Below, one piece after another: positions 1 through 10,347 of a DNA stretch of 42,869 nucleotides. This stretch comes from Acinetobacter phage vB_AbaA_LLY. Below the pieces are notes generated by a model, which had not been told where the DNA came from, did no database searches, and saw only the letters and a program-made list of their open reading frames with translations. Made by a program: the position numbers and the translations under genes. Every line of letters starts with the position of its first letter. Position 1 is the first letter of the stretch. The stretch lies in sequence record OQ503491.1, one strand, 5' to 3'.

Positions 1-2
1 CC

Positions 3-2600
3 ATGGAAGTAGCAGTAGACACAAGCAAGGCGAACCGATTAGCCGCACTGTCCGGATTCGTACAGGACTTCGGCGTAGGTTTTGAGGAAGGAATCAAAGA
101 GAACGCGGCGGCCGCCACAGTGCGCGGCGCGATGGATGCTCAGGGTGCGGTGGACGCGATGGCCTCCAAGGACGAGGCTGTACAGAAGCAGAACATCTTC
201 GTACGTGAAGCCTACCAGGACGGCTACGTATCCGCTGCTGCATACGACTCGCTAGCCAAGTGGCGCACAGACAGTATCGCCCGGGCTAAGAAAGCTGCCG
301 AGGCGGGGCTGACTGACGAGGAGTTCCAGCAGCAAGAGCAAGAGCACGTCCAGTCTATGTCGGACAAGCTCGGTATGTATCTACCGGATATGTCCAAGCA
401 GTCCGCTACTACCATACTGCAGCAGCTCCGTGCTACCAGCATGGCGAACTATACAGCCTTCCAGAAAGGTCGAGCTGCGTTTGCCCTGGCACAGGCTGAC
501 CGTGCCCTAGACCGCGGCCTTAGCTCGTCCAGTGATGAGTTCTATCAGCGCCTACAAGCAGGGCAGGGCGCCGCTGCGCAGATGTCTATCAAGACCGGTT
601 TAGACAGTATTCTGGCCGCCGAGCACCTGGACAAGAGCAAGAAGCTGGACCGGGCCAAGCGGTATCTGGTCAGTGTAGCGCAGCAGACCCAGGATCCGCT
701 GGTAATCAACCAGCTGCAGGAAATGGCCACTAAGGAACTTGGCGTCAACTCTGTAGACGTCAACGCGGCGCTGTATCAGGAGTTCAAGCGCGCCGGTGCT
801 CAGATTGAGACCCAAGCCCGTTTCGAAATCTCCGATGAAATCCAGTCTCTTGAGGGGCAGACCCCAGAGCAGCAGGAACAGACAATGGCGCGTATTCGTA
901 GTCGCGTCATTGAGCTGTCGGCATCGGACGTGCTCAGCGCCGGGACTAGCATGGAGTTCTGGAACAAGGCCCAGACCATTCGTGAGAAGGCAGCAGACGC
1001 CCAGGCATTGCGCACGGCGATTACTGGGAATATGCCAAGCTCCACTCTGGCTGGGATGTACAAAGGCGACCTGGGTAAGGCTCGCAATGAGCTGCTCAAG
1101 AGCTTTCCGGACACCCCGGAAGGGAACCTGCAGCTGCTGGCATACGGAAGCAATAGCAAGGATGCGTGGGCCGTCAACGAGGCGCACAAGCGTATGTCTT
1201 CGGACATGGCACGTACACTGACTACCCTGGACCAACTCGGTGAGGACGGCGAGGTTTCCCGTGAGAACGTCAGCAGCATCAACCTGTGGGCCCAGGCTTA
1301 TAGCACCAGTACGGACTTAGGTAAGATGGCACTGCTGTCTGAGGTCCCGTCTGAGTGGCAGGGGGTGGTGCAGAAAGCTATTGCACAAAACCCAAGTAAC
1401 GCCAGCAACACTATCTTGGATGACCTGCGCCGCCAGGCGCGTAACAAGGCCAGTGGTCGCTACAGCAACATCCAAAGTAACCCCACGGACAAGATGGTGG
1501 ACCCTAGCGGTACCAGCAACTGGTTCAGTTTCTTTGGCGATGCCGACGCGCAGCGCCAGGAAGCGCGCGCTGCTATGGAGGAGGAGTACCGTTATACGTA
1601 CAGCCGCAACCCAGAAGCTCTGGTGGGTAAAGATGCCGAGGACATCAACACGATGCTCAAGGGTAACATCCAAGCCCGTAAGCTAGAGCTGGAAATTGCT
1701 GGTACGCCGAGGCACGTGTATCTGCCTGCCGGAACCTCTCTGCAGTCTATCATGGGCGACTACAAGGGCGACCAGGAGCAGTTCAAGGCTACGCTGCAAC
1801 GGCAGATTCAAAACCAAGTACAGGCTATCACTGACCCCAGCAACATGGAACGTGTAGTGGTGCAGGCCGCCACAGCAGGCAACGCAGGTCAGAACATGAC
1901 CGTAACCGTGTTCGACAAGAAGGGCACATTCCAGACTATGTCTGTGAACCTTCGCGACGTTCAGGCTACTGCACAAGCTGCGTATGATTCAGCACTGGCT
2001 GGAGAGATGAAGATTGGTAGCGAGCAAGTGGGTGTACGTCCCGCTACCTTCTACGACCACGATAACGGACGTGCTGTCAGCGTACAGGTCAACGGCCGTA
2101 ACGCGGTGGGGCTAGAGCCGTCGCTGTTTAGTGATATCCTCGCCACCACTATGAAGTTCGAAGGGTTCCGAGAAGGCAAGGGCAAGGGTAGCATAGGCTT
2201 TGGTCTGCACGTTAACTCTGGCATGCCAGTTCCTCAGAAAGTAACCATTGACGACGGTATCAGTATCCTCAAATCCTCTATGGAGAAGCAGTACGTTCCG
2301 AACGCGCAGAAGCAACTCAAGGGGCAGGGTTTGAATGCCTCCGACGAGGCGTTAAAGGTTATGGTGGACCTGAACTATCATGGCGGTAACGGTAGCTCTG
2401 GCCCAGTAGCAGAGGCGGTGGCTCAGGTACGCAAGGCTGCTAAGTCCCCGGTGGGGGCGTATCAGTACCCTGTATCTGAGGCCCAGGGTAGGGCTTGGCA
2501 AGCGCTGCGGAATACCCCGGCGTACAAGCAGGCCCAACCTGAGCGCAAGAAGTACCTGGAACAAAACCTACGTGATTGGCTCTTTGAGGCAACACACTAA
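3..2600 (+). CDS. Internal virion (ejection) protein with C-terminal lysozyme-like domain; 5' end truncated by window start
   Basis: Long ORF in the structural block. The C-terminal segment TMKFEGFREGKGKGSIGFGLHVN matches the T4-lysozyme/GH24 pattern EG..(Y/F)..(D/G)..G..(T/S)IG(F/I)G(H), as in phiKMV gp36-type proteins. Position is upstream of the large gp16-like protein. Confidence 0.65.
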   Translation: MEVAVDTSKANRLAALSGFVQDFGVGFEEGIKENAAAATVRGAMDAQGAVDAMASKDEAVQKQNIFVREAYQDGYVSAAAYDSLAKWRTDSIARAKKAAEAGLTDEEFQQQEQEHVQSMSDKLGMYLPDMSKQSATTILQQLRATSMANYTAFQKGRAAFALAQADRALDRGLSSSSDEFYQRLQAGQGAAAQMSIKTGLDSILAAEHLDKSKKLDRAKRYLVSVAQQTQDPLVINQLQEMATKELGVNSVDVNAALYQEFKRAGAQIETQARFEISDEIQSLEGQTPEQQEQTMARIRSRVIELSASDVLSAGTSMEFWNKAQTIREKAADAQALRTAITGNMPSSTLAGMYKGDLGKARNELLKSFPDTPEGNLQLLAYGSNSKDAWAVNEAHKRMSSDMARTLTTLDQLGEDGEVSRENVSSINLWAQAYSTSTDLGKMALLSEVPSEWQGVVQKAIAQNPSNASNTILDDLRRQARNKASGRYSNIQSNPTDKMVDPSGTSNWFSFFGDADAQRQEARAAMEEEYRYTYSRNPEALVGKDAEDINTMLKGNIQARKLELEIAGTPRHVYLPAGTSLQSIMGDYKGDQEQFKATLQRQIQNQVQAITDPSNMERVVVQAATAGNAGQNMTVTVFDKKGTFQTMSVNLRDVQATAQAAYDSALAGEMKIGSEQVGVRPATFYDHDNGRAVSVQVNGRNAVGLEPSLFSDILATTMKFEGFREGKGKGSIGFGLHVNSGMPVPQKVTIDDGISILKSSMEKQYVPNAQKQLKGQGLNASDEALKVMVDLNYHGGNGSSGPVAEAVAQVRKAAKSPVGAYQYPVSEAQGRAWQALRNTPAYKQAQPERKKYLEQNLRDWLFEATH

Positions 2601-2603
2601 CTA

Positions 2604-2621
2604 GAGGCCCTCCGGGGCCTC
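2604..2621 (+). terminator. GC-rich hairpin (GAGGCCC-tccg-GGGCCTC) between internal virion protein genes; possible terminator or RNA-processing site
   Basis: Perfect 7-bp stem with a 4-nt loop, followed by cccttatcaaaattctttt. The T tract is not immediately adjacent to the stem. Confidence 0.25.
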
Positions 2622-2650
2622 CCCTTATCAAAATTCTTTTAGGAGATATT

Positions 2651-5600
2651 ATGGCTCAGTTTCTGAACCAAGAACCGAATCCACAGGAAAAGGATTCTGC
2701 TAAGGGCGCAACACTTAAACCTGCGCCTACGCGCGTAGATTGGAACGATGCCGGAGATAACGGCTTAAATGCACTGGAACGTGCCTCCTTACTGACGCAG
2801 GCCAAGACCCCAGCTACTACAGCCGGGGAAAGCTTTGCATCGGGTATGGGCAACAGCATCATCGCCGCAGCTATCCGCAAGGCCTCTGCCCCCGCATTTG
2901 ACCGGGACCAGAACTTTAATGCCAAGCAGACGCTGAGCAGCGATACACGGGCTAAGCTGTACGCCCCAAATCAGGAAGAGATTGAGTACCTGCACGACTC
3001 GGTGTCAGTCGAGGACTATAACTACCGCATGCAGCAGATGCTTGAGCAGCGTGACCGTGACCGCTTAATGGCTGACAACACAGTAGCCGGGTTCGCGGGT
3101 ATGTTGGTAGGAGATTCCCCGTTCATCCTGGCCCCGATGTCTGCTGCTGGCATTGCTGGGCGCGCTGGCTTAGCTGTACGCACGGCTATCCGCGCCGCTG
3201 ACGTAGGCTCTGCATTCTATGCACAGGACCAACTGGGTCAGTCTGCTGCTGTAACTGCACTGGTAGCAGGCGTAGCCGGATTAGACCAGCTCTGGGATAT
3301 GTCTAGGGCGGCTAAAGCTGCCGCTAAGGCTCGTACTGGGCGTGAGCCTATGTTCGACCCAGAAGCGCCTACAACTCGTACAGCTAGGGATGCTAATGTT
3401 ACCGGAGTAGGAGAGGGGGAGGAAATTCTCACTAAGACACTGGATGAAAGCATCCAAGTATCTAGAAACAATACCGCCTCCGTGAACATGAAAGCACAGC
3501 ACGTAGTTCAGTTCTTGAAGAAGTCTGGGCACTTGACAGCAGGCCAGAAGGCTATTCTGGACACGTTGGGCGATGCTGTAAATGACATTGATTTTAAACT
3601 GGTAGCAGGCTCCGCAAACCGTAGCCGCTATACTTATGCACAACAAGATTTAGCTAAGCGAGGAGAGATATCTCTGCGCGCGCCTAAGCGAGCTAATGGC
3701 AGCACCTGGACTACAGCCGGGGACGCTCTGCGCGCTCTGGATGCGGATACAAGCAAGGTAGCCGTGCACGAACTGATTCACGCCGCCACTGCGCGCGCCG
3801 TTGACAGTAACCCCGAGATTGCTAAGCGCCTGGAGGAAGTGCGCGCTGTTATTGCAGCCGACTCCACCCTGACGCCGCGTATGCGGTATTATGCAAGTAA
3901 TGTACACGAGATGCTGGCAGGCTTAGGCGACAGCCCGGAGTGGGTTGAGCACCTGGCACGGACGCAATCCCCCACCGGTAAGAGCATGCTCCGCCAACTG
4001 GGCGAGTACATCATGAATGCCCTGGGCATCAAGGCCAAAGGTTCTGCCTTGGAGGATGTCCTGGATGCGTATGAGGACGCCGTTAAGTGGACAGCTAAGG
4101 ATTATGCAGACCAAGCTCAGAGCTTCCGTAGTGAGGCCTTCCAGGACCTGGCGGGCAGCACTACCCTCAACGAGGCTAAGGGTGCCCAAGCTATGCTGGA
4201 TGGCGCTAAGAAGAAGCTCGCTACTATGTTTGCCCTGTACGACAACATCGCTCAAGGCAATGAAGACTTGGCTAAACTACTAGTGTCGGACGCGTCCGCC
4301 GTAGGTGGCCGTCGCCCGTCTGTAGTGGACTTCAAGCGCAACCTCACTTTGGAGATGGACGCTAGCGCCAGCGTAGTGGAAGACGCTATCCTGGGCGCGT
4401 TGAAGGATAAGGGTGTAGGTTTCTCTGAGCGCTTCTTCCATAGGAGCAAGTTCCGAGCTGAGCGGGCTGCACTGGAAGACCGCCTGGGCAAGTACCTGGA
4501 TGCTGCTTATAGCGCCGACGTAAACGGGCGTCCTGTGCCTGTACCTGATGCAGAGATTGCCCCACTGGTAGACGCATACCGCAGGTCCGGGTGGGCTAGC
4601 AAGTGGCACGAGCATATGCTCAATGCCGGTCTAGTGGATGATGGTGCGTTGGTTAAATCCGACTACTATTTCCCGCGTCAGTACAGCTATGACAAGATGC
4701 GTCAAGGTATCGCACAGGGTAACACTCTGGACGACTACCGCGCCCTGTTCCGTTCCGCTCTGCGGGATGTATACCCCGGCATGGAATCCGAAACAGTACA
4801 GCGCGTTGCTAAGGAGATGGTTGACGGTATCTACAATGGCCGTGCCGGGCAATCTGGCCCTATGTGGAAGCAGCTGATTAACGGTATGGGTAACGACGAG
4901 GTCGTTATGGCTATGCGTAGCGCCGGTGTAGATGAGTCTGCAATCCAGAGCTTCCTGGCTGGTAACGTACGTGAATCCGGTAGCACATCCCCTGCGCGGA
5001 ACCTGCGCCAGCGTACTCGGTTCAATATGGACAAGGAGTATCTGGTGAATGGTAAGAGCATGCGCATGCAGGACCTGATGGATACTGACGTAGCCAAGGT
5101 TATGCACGGGTACACTAACCGTATGTCCGGCCGTGTAGGTATGGCCTACGCAGGCGTACAGGACCTGGGACAGCTCGCTAAGATGATTGATGAGTCTAAG
5201 CATGCACTGGCGGATTCCGCTAAGTGGGAGAAGACTGTCAATGACACCATCGACTTTATCCTGGGTGGGGCACCTGCTGACGCTGGGCAGCTTCCGGACT
5301 TGCTGCGTGCAGCGGGGAACATGGCGAACGCTACCATGCTTAAGAACTCCGGGCTGTATCAGCTGACTGATACTGCTCTGGCTATGAAGGAATTCGGTAT
5401 GGCTAGAGTGCTGCGTAGTATGCGTGACCAACCTTGGTTCAAGGAAGGTGCTGTAGCTATCAAGACTCCGGATATGGCTGCTCGTCTAGACATCGTGCTG
5501 CGGGGTAATATCCAGAAGGAGATGCGCTTCCGCTGGTTGAATACGTACGCCGACGATAACCTGGACCTGACCCGTCAGGCCTCTTGGTTCAACGTCACCC

Positions 5601-6349
5601 AGAACGTTGGGCAGGCTGCACGTCACGTCAACGGCATGAGTATGGTGCACCGGCTGCAGGTTAACCTGAACTCCGGTATTGTGGCGGATGAGCTTACGCA
5701 GATGTTCAAGGGTGATGCCGAGGCGTTTAAGCGTCTAGAGCGTTTCGGGCTTACCCGAGACGTTGCCGACCGGGCTATCGCCGCCAACAAGGCTAACCCG
5801 GGAGCTATGTTCCAGCCGGACCTGCAAATGCAAGTTGAGGTTGTGGGGACGCGTATGATGGACTACCTGGTACAGCAGGTTCGTACTGGCGAGACTTCGC
5901 ACTTTGCACAGTTCAACCCCATCGGCAAAGTCATTGTAGGGTACCAGAGCTTCGCACTAGCTGCCACTAACAAGATTCTGCGTAGAGAGCTGAACGATGC
6001 TGGGTGGATTGGTGTAGCCCATATTATGGCGTACCAGTTCCCATTGATGCTGCTGGCTACTATGGCCAAGCACGGCATGGACGGGAAGGACGTAGACACC
6101 CAGAAACTCATCGGCGAGTCCGTGATGGGTATGAGTGCCATTGGCGGTATATCCTTACTGCAGGATATCTTCCTGGGGAATTCTCCCCGACACTCGTTGG
6201 CGTCTATGGGTTACGTCACAGGACTGCTTGGGGCTGTGCAGAGCCTGGCTACCGGTAACATGGATATCAAGACCTTCACTAAGCAGGTACCGCTAATCCA
6301 GGAATTCGCACCTACGCGAGCTATCATCAATAACTTTGGAGACGACTAA
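2651..6349 (+). CDS. Large internal virion protein (T7 gp16 / phiKMV gp37-like ejection protein), 1232 aa
   Basis: Size and position: between the other internal virion protein and the tail fiber gene. Strong RBS AGGAG 8 nt upstream of the ATG. Confidence 0.65.
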   Translation: MAQFLNQEPNPQEKDSAKGATLKPAPTRVDWNDAGDNGLNALERASLLTQAKTPATTAGESFASGMGNSIIAAAIRKASAPAFDRDQNFNAKQTLSSDTRAKLYAPNQEEIEYLHDSVSVEDYNYRMQQMLEQRDRDRLMADNTVAGFAGMLVGDSPFILAPMSAAGIAGRAGLAVRTAIRAADVGSAFYAQDQLGQSAAVTALVAGVAGLDQLWDMSRAAKAAAKARTGREPMFDPEAPTTRTARDANVTGVGEGEEILTKTLDESIQVSRNNTASVNMKAQHVVQFLKKSGHLTAGQKAILDTLGDAVNDIDFKLVAGSANRSRYTYAQQDLAKRGEISLRAPKRANGSTWTTAGDALRALDADTSKVAVHELIHAATARAVDSNPEIAKRLEEVRAVIAADSTLTPRMRYYASNVHEMLAGLGDSPEWVEHLARTQSPTGKSMLRQLGEYIMNALGIKAKGSALEDVLDAYEDAVKWTAKDYADQAQSFRSEAFQDLAGSTTLNEAKGAQAMLDGAKKKLATMFALYDNIAQGNEDLAKLLVSDASAVGGRRPSVVDFKRNLTLEMDASASVVEDAILGALKDKGVGFSERFFHRSKFRAERAALEDRLGKYLDAAYSADVNGRPVPVPDAEIAPLVDAYRRSGWASKWHEHMLNAGLVDDGALVKSDYYFPRQYSYDKMRQGIAQGNTLDDYRALFRSALRDVYPGMESETVQRVAKEMVDGIYNGRAGQSGPMWKQLINGMGNDEVVMAMRSAGVDESAIQSFLAGNVRESGSTSPARNLRQRTRFNMDKEYLVNGKSMRMQDLMDTDVAKVMHGYTNRMSGRVGMAYAGVQDLGQLAKMIDESKHALADSAKWEKTVNDTIDFILGGAPADAGQLPDLLRAAGNMANATMLKNSGLYQLTDTALAMKEFGMARVLRSMRDQPWFKEGAVAIKTPDMAARLDIVLRGNIQKEMRFRWLNTYADDNLDLTRQASWFNVTQNVGQAARHVNGMSMVHRLQVNLNSGIVADELTQMFKGDAEAFKRLERFGLTRDVADRAIAANKANPGAMFQPDLQMQVEVVGTRMMDYLVQQVRTGETSHFAQFNPIGKVIVGYQSFALAATNKILRRELNDAGWIGVAHIMAYQFPLMLLATMAKHGMDGKDVDTQKLIGESVMGMSAIGGISLLQDIFLGNSPRHSLASMGYVTGLLGAVQSLATGNMDIKTFTKQVPLIQEFAPTRAIINNFGDD

Positions 6350-7274
6350 CGTGGCATTCAGCTGGCAAGAACAAATCAAGTCAGCTGGTACCCAGGATAT
6401 CCAGTGCGATATTGAGTATTTGGACAAGTCCTATATTCATGTATACCTAGACGGCGTGGAAACCACTGGGTACACCTGGACCAGCTCTACTAATATCAGG
6501 CTAAACACAGCCTTGGCAGCAAGCACGACTGTGCTACTAATCCGCAAGACAGAGCGGGAGTATCTGTACATTGAGTTCGCCAGTGGTTCTCCGTTCATCG
6601 AGGTAAACGTAGACTCCCAAAACACTCAGTTCTTGCACTTAGCGCAAGAGCTGGTGGAGGGTCGGGCTATCCCCGGATTCTACGGCACTATTAGCATGAA
6701 CGGGTACCGCATAACCGACTTAGCTAACCCAATCAACTCCCAGGATGCTACTACTAAGGCGTACGTCGATGCCGCTGATACCTTACTAGGGCAGCGCATT
6801 GACGCAGAGGCCGCTACGCGGAAGGCCGCTGACGATGCCTTGAGTATGCGTACGTCCGCTCTGGAGAACACCTTTATAAGCGGAGTGGAGACAGTAAGTT
6901 ACCCGTGGAGCACAGTATTGACAGCGGATACAGACGAAGTAACTCCGGGCCTAGCCTTCACTAAGGCGGTGGTGGAGCTTAACGGGGTTGGGCAGATTCG
7001 TGGCTACAGTTTCGAGATTGTAGATAATACGATACTGTTTGCAGAGACCCTCCCCGCCGGAACGGTTGTGGCTGCCCGACTGGGGGCCGACGTAACTGCG
7101 GGGGATGGCTTCGCCTCACAAGCATCCGTAGATTACTTGGCCGACTCCTTGGGAGATTTGGCGTATCTGGACAAGGCTGCAGCTGTATCTAACGCAACAG
7201 GCACAGGGGATGTAGTGGATAAATTTAATGCTCTACTGGCAGCGCTGCGCACTAGTGGGGTGCTAGGAACGTAA
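6336..7274 (+). CDS. Tail fiber/adaptor protein carrying a T7 gp17 N-terminal (tail-attachment) domain only, 312 aa
   Basis: N-terminal ~150 aa align by eye with the T7 gp17 N-terminal domain (FSWQEQ...YLDKSYIHVYLDGVE...YRITDLANPINSQDATTKAYVD). No long receptor-binding C-terminal domain. TTG/GTG start overlapping the upstream gene. Confidence 0.65.
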   Translation: METTNVAFSWQEQIKSAGTQDIQCDIEYLDKSYIHVYLDGVETTGYTWTSSTNIRLNTALAASTTVLLIRKTEREYLYIEFASGSPFIEVNVDSQNTQFLHLAQELVEGRAIPGFYGTISMNGYRITDLANPINSQDATTKAYVDAADTLLGQRIDAEAATRKAADDALSMRTSALENTFISGVETVSYPWSTVLTADTDEVTPGLAFTKAVVELNGVGQIRGYSFEIVDNTILFAETLPAGTVVAARLGADVTAGDGFASQASVDYLADSLGDLAYLDKAAAVSNATGTGDVVDKFNALLAALRTSGVLGT

Positions 7275-7285
7275 CAGGAGAAAAT

Positions 7286-7588
7286 ATGGCAGGGGCAGCT
7301 AAACGTAGTCGCCTCTCGGAGCTGCACCACATGTTCACCGAGGCCTTGATTGAAGAAATCAAGCAGTCCAAGGAAGATGAGGTGCCGCTCCCCGCCGCAG
7401 ATAAATCAGTTATCGCCAAGTTCTTGAAGGACAATGACATCACCGCGGACGCAGATTCCGAGGAGATGCAGGACCTTCGTGATGAATTCGATGACGAACT
7501 AGCGGCGCGCAGAGAGGCGCGTAAGCAAGAGATTCTAAATAAAGTTGGTGGTTCAGACTCTGAGGACTTACTAGAAGGAATTGTCTAA
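7286..7588 (+). CDS. Terminase small subunit (DNA maturase A) candidate, 100 aa, acidic
   Basis: Small acidic ORF immediately upstream of, and translationally coupled (ATGA overlap) to, the large terminase. Position equivalent to T7 gene 18. Confidence 0.5.
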   Translation: MAGAAKRSRLSELHHMFTEALIEEIKQSKEDEVPLPAADKSVIAKFLKDNDITADADSEEMQDLRDEFDDELAARREARKQEILNKVGGSDSEDLLEGIV

Positions 7589-8157
7589 TGATATCGGCGA
7601 AGACTGCGCGAAGACTGCGCATGCTCAACCAGAAACTTACTGGTTATAGTGTGAATCCGCGCAGTATCCCCAAAGAGGAGCGCGAGGATATCGCGATGAT
7701 GATGGCCGCCGCTCTAAGCGACTTCCGGGAATTTGCGTACATCGGTATGCGGTTCCTGGGCTTTACGCTCACGGACATGCAGGCCGACATTGCAGAGTAC
7801 ATGCAGAAGGGCCCTAGGAAGCGCATGGTGGCTGCGCAGCGTGGTGAGGCTAAGTCTACACTAGCTGCACTGTACGCCGTCTGGAGGCTCATACAGGACC
7901 AATCCTGTCGTATCCTGATTGTGTCCGGCGCGGAGAAGCAGGCGTCAGACGTAGCTAACTTAATCATTCGTATGCTGGAAACCTGGCCGCTGCTGTGCTA
8001 CTTGAAGGCCGACCCTACTCGTGGGGACCGTACTTCATTCGAAGGCTATGATGTCAACTGCGATCTGAAACCGCTGGACAAGTCCGCCAGCGTAGCCTGT
8101 GTAGGTATCACTGCATCCCTGCAGGGGAAGCGCGCGGACCTGCTGATTCCTGACGAT
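7588..8157 (+). CDS. Terminase large subunit, exon 1 (ends ...GKRADLLIPDD)
   Basis: Aligns with T7 gp19 ...TDMQADIAE(Y/F)M... through GKRADIIIADD. The ORF then hits TAA, the first nucleotides of the intron. Confidence 0.85.
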
Positions 8158-8501
8158 TAACATCATAGTCGTCATTAAACCCCTTGAATTCGGTGGAAAC
8201 CCAGACCGGGCAATACCGAGCGAAGCCTCAACTGAGGAACGTGTAACGACTATTCCGTAAGGAAGTACCAGCAAGTGCTGGGAAGCGGGGGGCCTTGACT
8301 TACTGGTCAAGTGAAGATATAGTCTACTCTGCATGGGAACATGCAGTATCTACTACAAGATTTGAGCGGTAGCCGTACTTACTCCAAGAGTACGTGCCGA
8401 TTTATCCCAGCCTCTGAGAACTTATCAGACGCAGGCAACCGTCGCTGGGGTAACAAGTAGTAGGTAGGGGGAGAGGTAGCGTCCTCCCTTTAATATACAG
8501 G
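8158..8501 (+). mobile_element. Group I self-splicing intron (ORF-less, 344 nt) in the terminase large subunit gene
   Basis: Joining 8157|8502 restores the T7 gp19-like sequence PDD|IETTKNGLTQTQREQLL (T7: ADD|[17 protein letters not shown]). Exon ends in U. P1: exon 5'-UGACGAU / intron IGS 5'-GUCGUCA with U·G at the splice site. Intron ends in G. Conserved R element GUAACGACUAUUCC and S element GAAGAUAUAGUCU are present, with a P8-like hairpin CTTGAC-ttactg-GTCAAG. Confidence 0.8.
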
Positions 8502-9788
8502 ATTGAGACCACCAAGAACGGTTTAACGCAAACCCAGCGTGAGCAGCTGCTGATGATTTCGAAAGACTTCGCAGCTATCTGTACGCACGGGGATACGCTG
8601 TACCTGGGTACACCACAGACCAAGGACAGTATCTATAAAACCCTGCCGGGACGTGGCTTCGAGGTCCGCGTGTGGCCGGGGCGCATTCCGTCTGTTGAAA
8701 TGGAAGAGCGATATGGAAGTACACTTGCTCCTTATATACTGGAGCTCATTGGGCGCGGCTATAAACGCACCGGCTTCGGCGTCGACGGGACGCTAGGCGA
8801 GAGCACGGACACCGGGCGCTACGACGAGGATGCACTGATTGAGAAGGAGCTGGACTTCGGTCCGGAAGGCTTCCAGCTGCAGTACATGCTCGACACCACC
8901 CTGTCAGACCAAATGCGTACGCGCATCAAGCTCTCGGATATGCTAGTTTACTCCGGTAGTCAGGATTCCTCCCCTGAGACGTTCTCCTACATTGCGGACC
9001 GCAGGTACCTGTACCAGCACGAGCATGAGGGGATTATGGGTCAGCAGATGTACTTCCCGGCATTCTACGGGGATATGCACCTGCCGTATCAGCATAAGGT
9101 GCTGGTGGTAGATCCGGCCGGCTGTCGCGGCGATGAAGTTTCATACGCTGCTGGTGGTGCTGCGAACTCGTACATTCACCTATTCTCAGTAGGTGGCTTC
9201 CAAGGAGGTATCAGCGAAGAGAACATTGATAAACTGATTGATCTGTGCGTAGAGTTAGACATCCCGGACATGGTGGTGGAGAGCAACATGGGGCACGGCA
9301 CCGTGTCTATGCTTATTCTGAACCGGTTACGGGAGCGGCGTCTCGTCGGTATTGGTGTACGGGACCTGAACAACTCCACGCAGAAAGAGCGTCGTATCAT
9401 CGACACAATCAGCCCAGTTACTCGTCGTCACCGCCTGGTGGTGCATGAGCGTGCTATTCACGACGATATCAGCACCTGTATGGCGTACTCACGCGATAGG
9501 CGTTGGCTGTACTCTGCGTTCGCGCAGTTGTCCGGTATCACGTACGACCGCGGTAGCCTGGCGAAGGATGACCGAGCAGATGCAATCGCCATGATGGTGG
9601 CTACGCTGAACGGGCATCTGGTGGAAGATGAGAAAGTAGTAGCTGAGCGTGAGTCTGAGAAGATGGCTCGGGCCTTCATTGAGAATCCCCTGGATTGGGC
9701 ACAGAATAAAGTGTCTAAGGGGCTCCGGGGTGTAGCTGCACGGTTACAGAACCGGGGCAGAGGTAAACAACATAGAGGAAGAAGATAA
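8502..9788 (+). CDS. Terminase large subunit, exon 2
   Basis: ...REQLLMISKDFAAICTHGDTLYLGTPQT aligns with T7 gp19 [17 protein letters not shown]...VIYLGTPQT. The C-terminal nuclease region is conserved. Confidence 0.85.
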   Translation: METTKNGLTQTQREQLLMISKDFAAICTHGDTLYLGTPQTKDSIYKTLPGRGFEVRVWPGRIPSVEMEERYGSTLAPYILELIGRGYKRTGFGVDGTLGESTDTGRYDEDALIEKELDFGPEGFQLQYMLDTTLSDQMRTRIKLSDMLVYSGSQDSSPETFSYIADRRYLYQHEHEGIMGQQMYFPAFYGDMHLPYQHKVLVVDPAGCRGDEVSYAAGGAANSYIHLFSVGGFQGGISEENIDKLIDLCVELDIPDMVVESNMGHGTVSMLILNRLRERRLVGIGVRDLNNSTQKERRIIDTISPVTRRHRLVVHERAIHDDISTCMAYSRDRRWLYSAFAQLSGITYDRGSLAKDDRADAIAMMVATLNGHLVEDEKVVAERESEKMARAFIENPLDWAQNKVSKGLRGVAARLQNRGRGKQHRGRR

Positions 9789-10330
9789 TGGCATTTGCAA
9801 AAGCGACACTAGCAAAGCGCCAGGCAGTACGTGACGCTGCCATTGAGTTAGATAAGGCCGTGACTCTTGCACACGACACAGGGCCGCTGTTGGCATTAGG
9901 TCCAGCTGTAGATGCAGCAGGAGAAGCACTTGTGTCTGCCCTGGCTGATACCGGTTCAGCTATCCCGGATACTCAGGTTATTGTTAGCAACGGCGCTACG
10001 GGTAAGGTAACTAACAGTACTGGTACACAGAACATTACCGGCACTTTACAGGTGCGGGACGGGGCATTAAAGCAAGTAGTACTGCCTGCAGCCACTGCAA
10101 TGGTCAGTAATACAGCCGAAGTGACTATTGCTAACAGTGCTAATAACAAAACCGTAACAGGTTCCGCTGTAGTAGCTAAAGGCGCAGTGTCCCGCGTAGC
10201 AGCACCAGACACGGCCGCTATCGTTACTAACGACCAAGCGCTGACCGGAGTAACTCCCACAGGCACCTTCACCAATACCGTTACCTTTGCAGTGACCGGC
10301 GGTGTTATTACTGGCATCACCCTCTCCTAA
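9788..10330 (+). CDS. Hypothetical protein (Thr/Val/Gly/Ala-rich, 180 aa)
   Basis: ATG overlaps the terminase stop (TAATGG). N-terminus MAFAKATLAKRQ is paralogous to the next ORF's MAIAKATPAQQQ. Confidence 0.4.
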   Translation: MAFAKATLAKRQAVRDAAIELDKAVTLAHDTGPLLALGPAVDAAGEALVSALADTGSAIPDTQVIVSNGATGKVTNSTGTQNITGTLQVRDGALKQVVLPAATAMVSNTAEVTIANSANNKTVTGSAVVAKGAVSRVAAPDTAAIVTNDQALTGVTPTGTFTNTVTFAVTGGVITGITLS

Positions 10331-10347
10331 CTTATAAGGAATATATT

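Noticed and set aside
224-2631. Numerous minus-strand ORFs of 60-270 aa throughout the window (e.g. 600..1235, 4631..5431, 17087..17761, 38120..38779)
   Set aside because: All recognisable genes are on the + strand, as in T7-like phages. The minus-strand ORFs lie antisense inside well-supported long genes, have no RBS context and have skewed composition typical of shadow ORFs in GC-rich coding DNA.
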